Of a stretch of DNA of 33,947 nucleotides, positions 18,597 to 26,352 are shown one piece after another. This stretch comes from an uncultured bacterium. Lineage in GTDB: Bacteria > Hydrogenedentota > Hydrogenedentia > Hydrogenedentales > JAEUWI01. Position 1 is the first letter of the stretch. Each line of letters opens with the position of its first letter. The notes under the pieces are model-generated. The model saw only the letters and a program-made list of their open reading frames with translations. It had not been told where the DNA came from and searched no databases. The stretch lies in assembly GCA_963977445.1 (NCBI GenBank), contig CAXBPH010000046.1:1-33947 (forward strand). The letters run 5' to 3'. Both the position numbers and the translations under genes were made by a program.

Positions 18597-18838
18597 CGCG
18601 CCGGGGCTGTTTTTTCCGAGGGCTGCCCAATACGGGAAATGTTGCGGGGCGCGGTTACCAAATAAACCACGTCCTTGAAATAGTCCCCCAGTTCGAAGTC
18701 GTTCATGATAGACTAGTTACAGATATGTTAAATCACTCGCGGTGCCACACTCAGCAGAGGATGGGCCGCAGCGTATTCGGGCAAGGTGCGAATCAAGTTG
18801 TACGATCTGCGCCCGATCACCCATCGAGGTTCACGTTT

Positions 18839-20326
18839 ATGAACGCCAATGAACCGGGGCACAATATGCCAACACCCAAAGGGGTGGAGGCCGAGGAGAC
18901 CGAGACATTACGCCTTCGTGTTTCAAAAGACATGATGCGCGTTTTGGTAGACTGTTCGCTCGACGGCAAAGATTTCGAGGAAATCGCGGGGGTGATCGTC
19001 TCAAAACTTCGATCTTTTGGAATTGCCAAGCCTCCGACGCACAACGTGGTGGTCCAATGGTTGTGTGACCAGGCCCGCATGGGGGGCGTGCTGGAAGGGG
19101 CCGTACTCGTCGAAGGGGTGCCTCTTGTTCCGCCGGTGGATGGAGTAATCGATTGGGCGGGAGACTTTTTCAATCAAGGGTTCGTGTTGGATGAGAGCAG
19201 TGATCGCGTTGATTTTCGAAATCACGCCGGCCAGCGCAATGTGAAACGTGAACAATTGCTCGCCACCATTGTGGCACCTCAGAAGGGGAAGAATGGCCGG
19301 GATGTGCGGGGCCAGATAATTCGCGCGCGGAAACCGAAGCTGCCAAAAATTCGGTTGGGGTGTAATGTGCGTGTCGATGAAGGCAGCAGCACCTATTACA
19401 GTGAAATTGATGGGCGCATCCGTTGGCACAGGAATTTCCTGTCGGTCGATGAACGATTTGAAATTGAAGGTGATGTGGGACTGGATACGGGCAATATTTC
19501 CCACTCAGGTTCGGTCATCGTGCATCGTGATGTTCTCGAAGGAGCCCGGTTAGAAGCCATCGGGGATATCGAGGTTTTTGGTGTCGTCGAATCTGCCCAC
19601 GTGCAGACCGGCGGCAGCCTGGTAGTTCATGGCGGTATCACGGGTGCTGTGGGCTCCCATATCATCGCTGCCGGTGGCGTGTCCGCCCTCTACATTATTG
19701 ATGCGAACGTACAGGCCGGCGAAGATGTTGTTGTCGATAGGGAGATCGTTCAATCTACGGTACAGACCCGGGGAGCCATCTATATGCCACGAGGTCGGGT
19801 TGTTGGGGGGCAGCTTGTCGCGCTCGGCGGCATTGATGTGGGCCAGGTGGGATCGGCGGCATCGGTGCCCACCGAAGTAATTGCCGGCGAAGACTATTGT
19901 CTCGAGGGGCAGTTGCTGTCGGTGCGTACCCGCACGAAGCGAACCGCGGCGAATGTGGAAAAAATTCATGCGACGCTGGAGCCGCTGCGCGGTAAGGTTT
20001 CGGCCCTCTCCGACGAGAAGAAAGCAGTGGTAACAAAGCTCCTGGAGCAGGTCAATATGATGGAGGCCTCATTGCGGGCTCTCGCGGGTGAAGAGGACGA
20101 ACTCAGGCGAGAAACCCAGGAACGAGAGAACCACACCGTGCTGATTCGAAATACACTTTTTTCGGACAGTCGAATCGGTGCTCACGGCGAGATGTTTGTG
20201 GCCAAAGAAACCCACAAGGGACCTGTCTCTCCCGTCAAGTCGCCTGACGGGCTCCGTATGCAGGTGACCCGACGCAAATCGATTGAGAAGGTGACGGGGG
20301 AGGAGGCCCAGGGGACCACGACCTGA
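18839..20326 (+). CDS. FapA / DUF342 family protein
   Basis: PPVDG, VDFRN, GKNGRDVRG, GDVGLDTGNI, GDIEVFGVVE beta-helix-like repeats and a C-terminal coiled coil. Start re-called at ATG 18839 (GAGGT RBS); 18866 is an alternative. The 18362 extension is not protein-like. Confidence 0.8.
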   Translation: MNANEPGHNMPTPKGVEAEETETLRLRVSKDMMRVLVDCSLDGKDFEEIAGVIVSKLRSFGIAKPPTHNVVVQWLCDQARMGGVLEGAVLVEGVPLVPPVDGVIDWAGDFFNQGFVLDESSDRVDFRNHAGQRNVKREQLLATIVAPQKGKNGRDVRGQIIRARKPKLPKIRLGCNVRVDEGSSTYYSEIDGRIRWHRNFLSVDERFEIEGDVGLDTGNISHSGSVIVHRDVLEGARLEAIGDIEVFGVVESAHVQTGGSLVVHGGITGAVGSHIIAAGGVSALYIIDANVQAGEDVVVDREIVQSTVQTRGAIYMPRGRVVGGQLVALGGIDVGQVGSAASVPTEVIAGEDYCLEGQLLSVRTRTKRTAANVEKIHATLEPLRGKVSALSDEKKAVVTKLLEQVNMMEASLRALAGEEDELRRETQERENHTVLIRNTLFSDSRIGAHGEMFVAKETHKGPVSPVKSPDGLRMQVTRRKSIEKVTGEEAQGTTT

Positions 20327-20431
20327 GGGACCCACAGGCCCGCGTCGATGCCAAAAGAGCGCTGGCGTTTCGGTGTCGCGACTACGGGGTGATATGATAT
20401 CGGGAGCAGGACACTGCACGAGGAGGATATC

Positions 20432-21166
20432 ATGGAAAAAGAACAAAATATTGCGTTACTGATTGACTGCGACAACGTGAGCTATCAGGCCATTGATGGT
20501 GTGCTCAACGAGTTAGCCAACCATGGGGTCGTCAATATCCGTCGTGCCTATGGCGACTGGAAAAAGTCGGAGCTCAAGGGTTGGGAGGGGGAGTTGCACC
20601 GTTGCGCCATCCAGCCCATCCAGCAATTTGCGTACACCAAAGGCAAAAACGCTACCGATGCGGCCATGATCATTGATGCCATGGATCTCCTGTATGGTCA
20701 GGATTTGGATGGGATCGCCATTATGACCAGTGACAGCGATTTTACGCCCCTGGTCATGCGGCTGAAGACCAGTGGTCTTCGCGTCTATGGTTTTGGAGCC
20801 CAAAAGACCCCGGACCCCCTGGTAAAAGCGTGCTCGCGGTTCATTTATACGGAAAAGATCGTCCAGAGCATGGAATTGACCCAGGAAGATGGTCGGGCCG
20901 GGGATGAACGTGAAAAAATGACCCGTCGCGAATTGCGCCAGGATGCAGCGTTGGTCAAGTTGCTGCGCAATGCGGTGGAGGAGAAGGCCGACGAAGATGG
21001 TTGGTCAAATTTCTCTCAGGTAAACCACTACATCAACAACAACACGTCCTTCTCATCCATCAACTACGGATACAAGCGGTTGAGCGATCTAATCCGGGTC
21101 TGTGATCTCTTTGATATCGAAATGCGGAAGAATAAGAGCGCCATGTATCTCAAGCCCAAAGGCTGA
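20432..21166 (+). CDS. NYN-domain (LabA/DUF88, PIN-fold) protein with C-terminal OST-HTH/LOTUS domain
   Basis: LIDCDN, RRAYGDW, KNATD, TSDSDF and C-terminal NYGYKRLSDLI. GAGGAGG RBS. Confidence 0.9.
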   Translation: MEKEQNIALLIDCDNVSYQAIDGVLNELANHGVVNIRRAYGDWKKSELKGWEGELHRCAIQPIQQFAYTKGKNATDAAMIIDAMDLLYGQDLDGIAIMTSDSDFTPLVMRLKTSGLRVYGFGAQKTPDPLVKACSRFIYTEKIVQSMELTQEDGRAGDEREKMTRRELRQDAALVKLLRNAVEEKADEDGWSNFSQVNHYINNNTSFSSINYGYKRLSDLIRVCDLFDIEMRKNKSAMYLKPKG

Positions 21167-21185
21167 TGGAGCAGGGGGCAGACTC

Positions 21186-22352
21186 CTAATTGGCCAGCCC
21201 GGCCAGTTCCTTTTCAAAATAGACGTCCAGCGCCTTGTCGGGCGTGCTGTCGAGCAGAGCACCCAGTGCGTTCAAGCCATAGGCACGGGTTTCGCCCTTA
21301 CCATTACGGGCAAGCCAGGACGCGGTCTTTACGCACGCGTCTTTTTGCGTCGGGTCCTTCAATGCGGCGTCAAAGTCGGCGCGGGCACCGGCATCTCCCA
21401 AGGCAAGACGTGCACGCTGGGTATATTCCAGCACCCGTCCCTTGGCCTTATGCTTTTCGTATATCGCCATGGAGCGCTCGAGCGCGGGCAACGCCGTCCG
21501 GGCATCCAGGCGCGCAATGGCGTTTGCAAGATAGCTTCCGATATAGGCGTGAAATCCGTAGTCTACGTGGGATAGGGGTGAATTGTTTTTCAGCCCGCCA
21601 GGCAGTTGGGAGATCATCATGGCTTCGAAGGCCGTTCGTGAGCCCAATTGTGCCTCGATGAATGGGCCAAACTCCGGATCATTGGCCCAGCGCTCATAGA
21701 GTGGCCCGAGCACGAGGCAGGCATGGCTTGGTGGGGGAAAGGCAGTACCCGGTTTGGGGGCGGCGACAAAGGCGGTCTTCATGGCAGGAATGACGAGTTC
21801 GAGGGCGGCCCGGGTCTGGTCGGTATCGCGTAGCGCGCCCATAGCAAGGGGCTTGCACACCGCGTCAATGACGTGGATATAGGTGGGGTAGCGGGGGCCC
21901 TTTTCCTCGTCGGAAAGCCCATCCCAGCGTGCAATGACCTCCTGGATAATTTCCAGGGTGACATCTCTGTTGAAGAAACCATACACATAGATGAGAGGTT
22001 CCCAGTGATTGTCGCGGTCGATGTCCTCCAGGCTGAACAAGGTTTCCAGACTGTTGTCGATGGCTTCAATGGTGGTCTCGGAGAGGGTGTCATAGATTTC
22101 GGGATCACAGTGGAGGAGCAAGGCATATTGGAAGTCGCCCTGAAGCTCGTGGGCCCGTTCCGGTGACATGGCATTCAGGTATGCCGCTATTTCCTGCAAT
22201 CGAATATCCCGGATCTCCGGGTTCAAACGTGCTTCCAGACCCAGCATGCGAATTGTCCCACCTTGGACGGGCTCGGCTGTAGTCCATGGACAGAAAATGG
22301 TGCTGAGCAGGATAGCTGCCGCAAAAAATTGAAACTTGCCGGGCATATTCAT
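21186..22352 (-). CDS. Hypothetical exported helical protein
   Basis: 388 aa with signal-peptide-like N-terminus and HEAT-like C-terminal segments (LANAIARLDARTALPALE). GGAG RBS. Confidence 0.65.
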   Translation of the reverse strand: MNMPGKFQFFAAAILLSTIFCPWTTAEPVQGGTIRMLGLEARLNPEIRDIRLQEIAAYLNAMSPERAHELQGDFQYALLLHCDPEIYDTLSETTIEAIDNSLETLFSLEDIDRDNHWEPLIYVYGFFNRDVTLEIIQEVIARWDGLSDEEKGPRYPTYIHVIDAVCKPLAMGALRDTDQTRAALELVIPAMKTAFVAAPKPGTAFPPPSHACLVLGPLYERWANDPEFGPFIEAQLGSRTAFEAMMISQLPGGLKNNSPLSHVDYGFHAYIGSYLANAIARLDARTALPALERSMAIYEKHKAKGRVLEYTQRARLALGDAGARADFDAALKDPTQKDACVKTASWLARNGKGETRAYGLNALGALLDSTPDKALDVYFEKELAGLAN

Positions 22353-22435
22353 TCTCCAGTACGTCGCGTTGCGTTCAGTACTTCATTCGGCGTCGGCGCT
22401 TACCCGTGTCACGGGTGGAGATTATGGGCAAGCAC

Positions 22436-22481
22436 AAAAAAACCGCTGTAGCGTTCGTAAATCGAGCTGCTACAGCGGTTT
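22436..22481 (-). terminator. Rho-independent terminator after tRNA-Ser
   Basis: 13-bp inverted repeat aaaccgctgtagc / gctacagcggttt running into a T7 tract on the minus strand. Confidence 0.8.
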
Positions 22482-22491
22482 GGTCATTCAA

Positions 22492-22581
22492 TGGCGGAGA
22501 GAGAGGGATTCGAACCCTCGGTACGATTTCTCGCACAATGCCTTAGCAGGGCACCACCTTCAACCACTCGGTCATCTCTCC
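22492..22581 (-). tRNA. tRNA-Ser (anticodon GCT)
   Basis: GGAGAGATGACCGAGTGGTTGAAGG...GTGCC-CTGCTAA-GGCAT, long variable arm, GAGGG-TTCGAAT-CCCTC, CTCTCC-G-CCA. 90 nt with encoded CCA. Confidence 0.97.
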
Positions 22582-22615
22582 AATGGGGCGTGGCCTTGTT
22601 GGCCACGGGAGGCAA

Positions 22616-22645
22616 AATGTATCATGAACCGGAGGGGTGGTTCAA
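22616..22645 (-). promoter_or_regulatory. Candidate sigma70 promoter for tRNA-Ser
   Basis: TTGAAC-N18-TACATT with a TG extension, on the minus strand just upstream of the tRNA. Confidence 0.4.
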
Positions 22646-22849
22646 GCTTTTTACAAAAATACGCAATGTTTCTGCATTGATGTCCGTGTCAGGTTTAAGC
22701 TCGGTGCTGCCCTGGGGTAGAATAATGCGGTCTTCAAGGAATAATCGAAGACCGGGGCGGTCAACAGGGGTGGTGTTTTGCGTTGGCCAGTCATTTTGTC
22801 ATGATGGGGCGACCGCACCTGTTCACACGACACCCTATGGAAAAGGATT

Positions 22850-23335
22850 ATGGAGTATATGATGGAAATTCCCCAGGAAATTGCCGATGCCGTGCAGCCA
22901 ATTTTCGACGCCTTGCCGTTGGAAGAGGCCATGCCGCGACTGGTTCCCAAGTCGGGTGCCCCGGCAAAGCTTCGGGCCATTCTCGGGTCGGTGCTGTCAG
23001 AAGAAGCCATTGTCTCACGACCGGCACTGCAATCGGCCCTCTGGCTCTATCTCGATGAGCTGGATCGAAGCCACAGCTTCAGCCAGGACATGGACGATAT
23101 TACGGGCTCTTACTGGCACGGAATCATGCACCGTCGGGAAGGAGATTTTTCCAACGCCCACTACTGGTTTCGACGGGTGGGGATTCATCCCGCCATGGCG
23201 AATATACCGGACTATGATGGCCACACTTTTGTGGACGACGCCGGGGCGGCCTATCCCGAGGATCCCGAAGAGCTCGTGCAGTTGCAACGGGCAGAATGGG
23301 CCAATCTATTTGCATGGTGTGCAAACAATGCGTAA
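22850..23335 (+). CDS. Conserved hypothetical protein
   Basis: Motif SHSFSQ...GSYWHGIMHRREGDFSNAHYWF. True start may be 22859 or 22862 (GGAG upstream). Confidence 0.75.
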   Translation: MEYMMEIPQEIADAVQPIFDALPLEEAMPRLVPKSGAPAKLRAILGSVLSEEAIVSRPALQSALWLYLDELDRSHSFSQDMDDITGSYWHGIMHRREGDFSNAHYWFRRVGIHPAMANIPDYDGHTFVDDAGAAYPEDPEELVQLQRAEWANLFAWCANNA

Positions 23336-23364
23336 TTGTCGATCCAAGAGTATTGTGAAATTTC

Positions 23365-24108
23365 ATGGTTGATAGCTATACGCGCGAGCTTACGGCCGAT
23401 GAGCGAGCGGATCTCTCTGAATTGGCCGAAAACCTACCCCGTCCCGGACGTTTGCTTGGCCAGTATCTGGGCATCATTGTTGTGGGTGTGCTTGTCTCCA
23501 TTGCGATGGTCGGGATCATCTTGCTCGCCATGACGGCCGGTTGGTCAGAAATGGTGATTGGATCGGTGGCCATCTTGCCGGGGGGGATTGCGCTGTTATC
23601 CCTGTTGCTGGCGGTTATGGCCGCGACATCGATACCCCGGGTCGTCATGGAGGCCCGTCGGTGCCGCGAGGAGGCCTTGTCCCTGCAGCCCGACCGCCGT
23701 GCACTCCTTGCCGCCGGGCACGTATCGGCAACCCGTGTGGAAGCCGAGGATGTTATCGAAATTGCCCTGGATGATACCTCGCTTTACCTGTTCGGGCTGA
23801 CGGACGGCACCACCTACTACTACGAAAGTGACCTGATGGAGCGCGGGCCCTGGCCCAGTGCTTGCTTTGAAATCGCCGAAGGCGAGGTTGACGGCAGGTT
23901 GGTCTGGGAACAGGCTACGGGCCTCAGCGATGAGCTGGAACCTGTCCGATTTATCGATGAACCGTGGTGCTTCGATGGTTTCGAAGGGCTCCTCCATCGG
24001 AATGAGGGGGATGATGCCTTTGTCCGGGGTGTGTATAATGAAGCTCCTGCGCAACTGCTTCACCGCCTGCTTGGTGACGACTGCACCGACGATGTAGACC
24101 CCGCGTAG
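23365..24108 (+). CDS. Hypothetical membrane protein (2 predicted TM helices, acidic C-terminal domain)
   Basis: Two long hydrophobic stretches near the N-terminus; same strand as neighbours. Confidence 0.65.
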   Translation: MVDSYTRELTADERADLSELAENLPRPGRLLGQYLGIIVVGVLVSIAMVGIILLAMTAGWSEMVIGSVAILPGGIALLSLLLAVMAATSIPRVVMEARRCREEALSLQPDRRALLAAGHVSATRVEAEDVIEIALDDTSLYLFGLTDGTTYYYESDLMERGPWPSACFEIAEGEVDGRLVWEQATGLSDELEPVRFIDEPWCFDGFEGLLHRNEGDDAFVRGVYNEAPAQLLHRLLGDDCTDDVDPA

Positions 24109-24163
24109 GCTTCATGCCCTGGCAGCCCGTTCTGTGGCTTCGGGAATGAATGTCGGCTGGAAT

Positions 24164-24192
24164 TTGTCTACATTTACAGTACGCAGTACGAT
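24164..24192 (+). promoter_or_regulatory. Candidate sigma70 promoter for the nfuA operon
   Basis: TTGTCT-N17-TACGAT in an AT-rich spacer 36 bp before the ATG. Confidence 0.4.
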
Positions 24193-24228
24193 TTACTATG
24201 CATTGACTTTTATAGATGGAGAACAATC

Positions 24229-25029
24229 ATGCCTTCCTGGTTTTCCAAAGTTTTCAAGACTGACGAAGAAGAACCCAAGGTGAGCGCGCCCGTTCCGGTG
24301 GACAACGTGGATGACGTGGATGACGACGAAGAAGAGGAACCTCTTCCGGAGCCTCGCCGTGTGGTCAATGCCCCCATTGTGGTGGGTGATGCCGAAGCGA
24401 GTGGCTATAGTGACGAAATTGTCATCAAGGCCAAGATGGAGCCCCAGTCCAACGGCTGCACCTTCCTCGTGGACCGTCCCCTGCTTGAAGGGGGCATGTC
24501 CTTCTGGGCACCCGATGCGGACACGGCCTACGCCAGTGCGCCTCTTGCCGCCGCGATTTTTGACCTGGGCGGTATTGCCACGGTCCTGATTCACGGCATG
24601 ACGGTAACGGTATCCCGGGACGGTAGCGAGTTCAGTCCCTGGGAAGAGGTGGCCAAACGGGTTGGCGGGCAGATTCGAGCCCACCTGAAAAGCGGTATGC
24701 CCGTTCTGGACCCGGAGTATCGGGACAAAATCGCCGATGAAGCGACGCTTACACAGCAACTTCAGAAGGTGATTGACGAAGAAATTAACCCGGGCATTGC
24801 GTCCCACTCGGGGGTCATCACCCTCAATCGTGTGGTGGGCAATACGGCCTATATCACCATGGGGGGCGGGTGCCACGGCTGCGCTGCGTCGACCATCACC
24901 TTGCGTTCGGGAATTGAAGGTTCATTTCGCATGGCCGTTCCCGAATTGGGTGCCGTACTCGATGAAACCGATCACACCTCGGGCACCAATCCTTTCTTCA
25001 AGGAATTGCCCGCAGAAATGGGAATGTAA
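24229..25029 (+). CDS. nfuA: NfuA/NifU-C family Fe-S carrier with Nfu_N domain
   Basis: CTFLVDRPL...SAPLAAAIF (Nfu_N); EINPGIASHSG...MGGGCHGC...TLRSGIE...DETDHTSGTNPFF (NifU CxxC domain). Confidence 0.85.
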   Translation: MPSWFSKVFKTDEEEPKVSAPVPVDNVDDVDDDEEEEPLPEPRRVVNAPIVVGDAEASGYSDEIVIKAKMEPQSNGCTFLVDRPLLEGGMSFWAPDADTAYASAPLAAAIFDLGGIATVLIHGMTVTVSRDGSEFSPWEEVAKRVGGQIRAHLKSGMPVLDPEYRDKIADEATLTQQLQKVIDEEINPGIASHSGVITLNRVVGNTAYITMGGGCHGCAASTITLRSGIEGSFRMAVPELGAVLDETDHTSGTNPFFKELPAEMGM

Positions 25030-25031
25030 GC

Positions 25032-25376
25032 ATGCCACGACTTGATACCTTTCAATTGGTTCTGCAGACGGGCGATAGTGGTCCCGGTGCCGTACCCAAA
25101 TACAGCATCAATGGTTTTCCCCTTGAGTTTGACGACTACGAAGGGGGGACAGGCCCCGGTGAAACCCTTCAGGCGGTTGCCCACCCACAGAGCTTTCCCC
25201 ACACCCTCATCCTGAGCGGTCCGGAGGAAGGTAGCTGGGATATCGTCGGTGCGGAGATCACTTACCATTGCGATGGGGATGAACCCTACAGCCTGACGCT
25301 GGGTGAAGTGATGCTCGATGATCACGCTGATCTGAACCTCTGGTATGCCAAACCTCCCAAAGTATTTGATGTATAA
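25032..25376 (+). CDS. Hypothetical small acidic beta protein, possibly PLAT-like
   Basis: Starts 2 bp after the nfuA stop. LVLQTGD and W-x-I-x-x-x-x-I patterns are only loosely PLAT-like. Confidence 0.65.
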   Translation: MPRLDTFQLVLQTGDSGPGAVPKYSINGFPLEFDDYEGGTGPGETLQAVAHPQSFPHTLILSGPEEGSWDIVGAEITYHCDGDEPYSLTLGEVMLDDHADLNLWYAKPPKVFDV

Positions 25377-25406
25377 GGTCCGATTGGACCGGAACAGGAG
25401 GAAATC

Positions 25407-25760
25407 ATGAGCAACGCCTGTGACATGTTGGCAGCGAAGGAATGTATCCCCTGTAAGGGCGGTGTAGACCCCTTGAAGGGCGATGCCCTGCGTCAACTCC
25501 ATGAGCAGTTGGGCAGCGACTGGAACCTGGTCGAAGAGCATCACCTTGAGCGCCCCTACACCTTTAAAAATTTCGTTGACGCCCTCGCCTTCACCAATGT
25601 GGTCGGAGAACTTGCCGAGGCGGCCAACCATCACCCCGATATACTTACTGCCTGGGGCAAGGTTGTGGTGACCATTTGGACCCACAAAATCGATGGACTC
25701 ACAGAAAGTGATTTCGTTTTTGCCGCTAAGGTGGAGAAAGCATTCCTCAATGCCCTGTAA
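25407..25760 (+). CDS. phhB: Pterin-4a-carbinolamine dehydratase family protein
   Basis: AEAANHHPDI, WTHKIDGLTESDFVFAAK, N-terminal CIPC. AGGAGG RBS. Confidence 0.9.
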   Translation: MSNACDMLAAKECIPCKGGVDPLKGDALRQLHEQLGSDWNLVEEHHLERPYTFKNFVDALAFTNVVGELAEAANHHPDILTAWGKVVVTIWTHKIDGLTESDFVFAAKVEKAFLNAL

Positions 25761-26202
25761 AGACGTCACGGAAGTCATCGAAGTCGTACTCGACGCGCAG
25801 GACTGTCTGAAGTCCTATAGTTTTCGTAAGCGTACCTGCGGGCAGGGGGTAGGGGTAGACACCCTCCTCATGGATGTTCTGGGGGGCATGGCCGTGGAAG
25901 AGCTCCTGGCCATATCACCCGAACAATTTATCGAGACCTGGCCCGCAGCCGAGCCCATCGAAGAATTTCTGGGGCTCAAGCACCTCATTGCATTGCAGTC
26001 GGCCCTGGAAGTGTTGCTGGGCCGCGAAGCCGGTGGTCCCGGTTCCATTTGCGCGACGGCAGAAGTCGCCTTCGACGAAGGCGACACCATCATCACTTCC
26101 GTCATTTCCCTTGATCTGGTCGAAGAAAAAATCAAGTCTTGCGGCAACTGCAGCGGTTGCGGAACGACCAGAAAAGTGAAGAAGCAGGTCATCTTCAACT
26201 GA
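25750..26202 (+). CDS. Cys-rich hypothetical protein with probable IscU/NifU_N-like fold and C-terminal CxxCxxC
   Basis: ATG at 25750 overlaps the end of phhB. CKD...TCG spacing and the following helix pattern resemble IscU; ends with CGNCSGC. Confidence 0.6.
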   Translation: MPCKDVTEVIEVVLDAQDCLKSYSFRKRTCGQGVGVDTLLMDVLGGMAVEELLAISPEQFIETWPAAEPIEEFLGLKHLIALQSALEVLLGREAGGPGSICATAEVAFDEGDTIITSVISLDLVEEKIKSCGNCSGCGTTRKVKKQVIFN

Positions 26203-26352
26203 GTAAGAGAAGAGTCATCTTGGATATTTTCCAAGAATTTCGACTGCCAGCCTTCCGAATTGGAGCTATGGAGCGCCGACGGCTCGTCGGCATTGCGTCG
26301 AAGACGTAAAAACAACGTGACTGCGGCCCGGGGCAGGTGGTCCGCCCGCCGC

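Noticed and set aside
18275..18747. Sigma54 promoters at the TGGCA(C) motifs
   Set aside because: None has TTGC at the required -12 spacing.
18362..18838. 159-codon N-terminal extension of the DUF342 ORF and small ORFs in the spacer
   Set aside because: Not protein-like and overlaps the repeat cassettes. A good RBS and ATG exist at 18839.
10934..22581. Genomic island integrated at the tRNA-Ser 3' end
   Set aside because: No integrase and no GC shift. The only att-like match I saw (tggcggagag near 10934) is short and inside pfaA.
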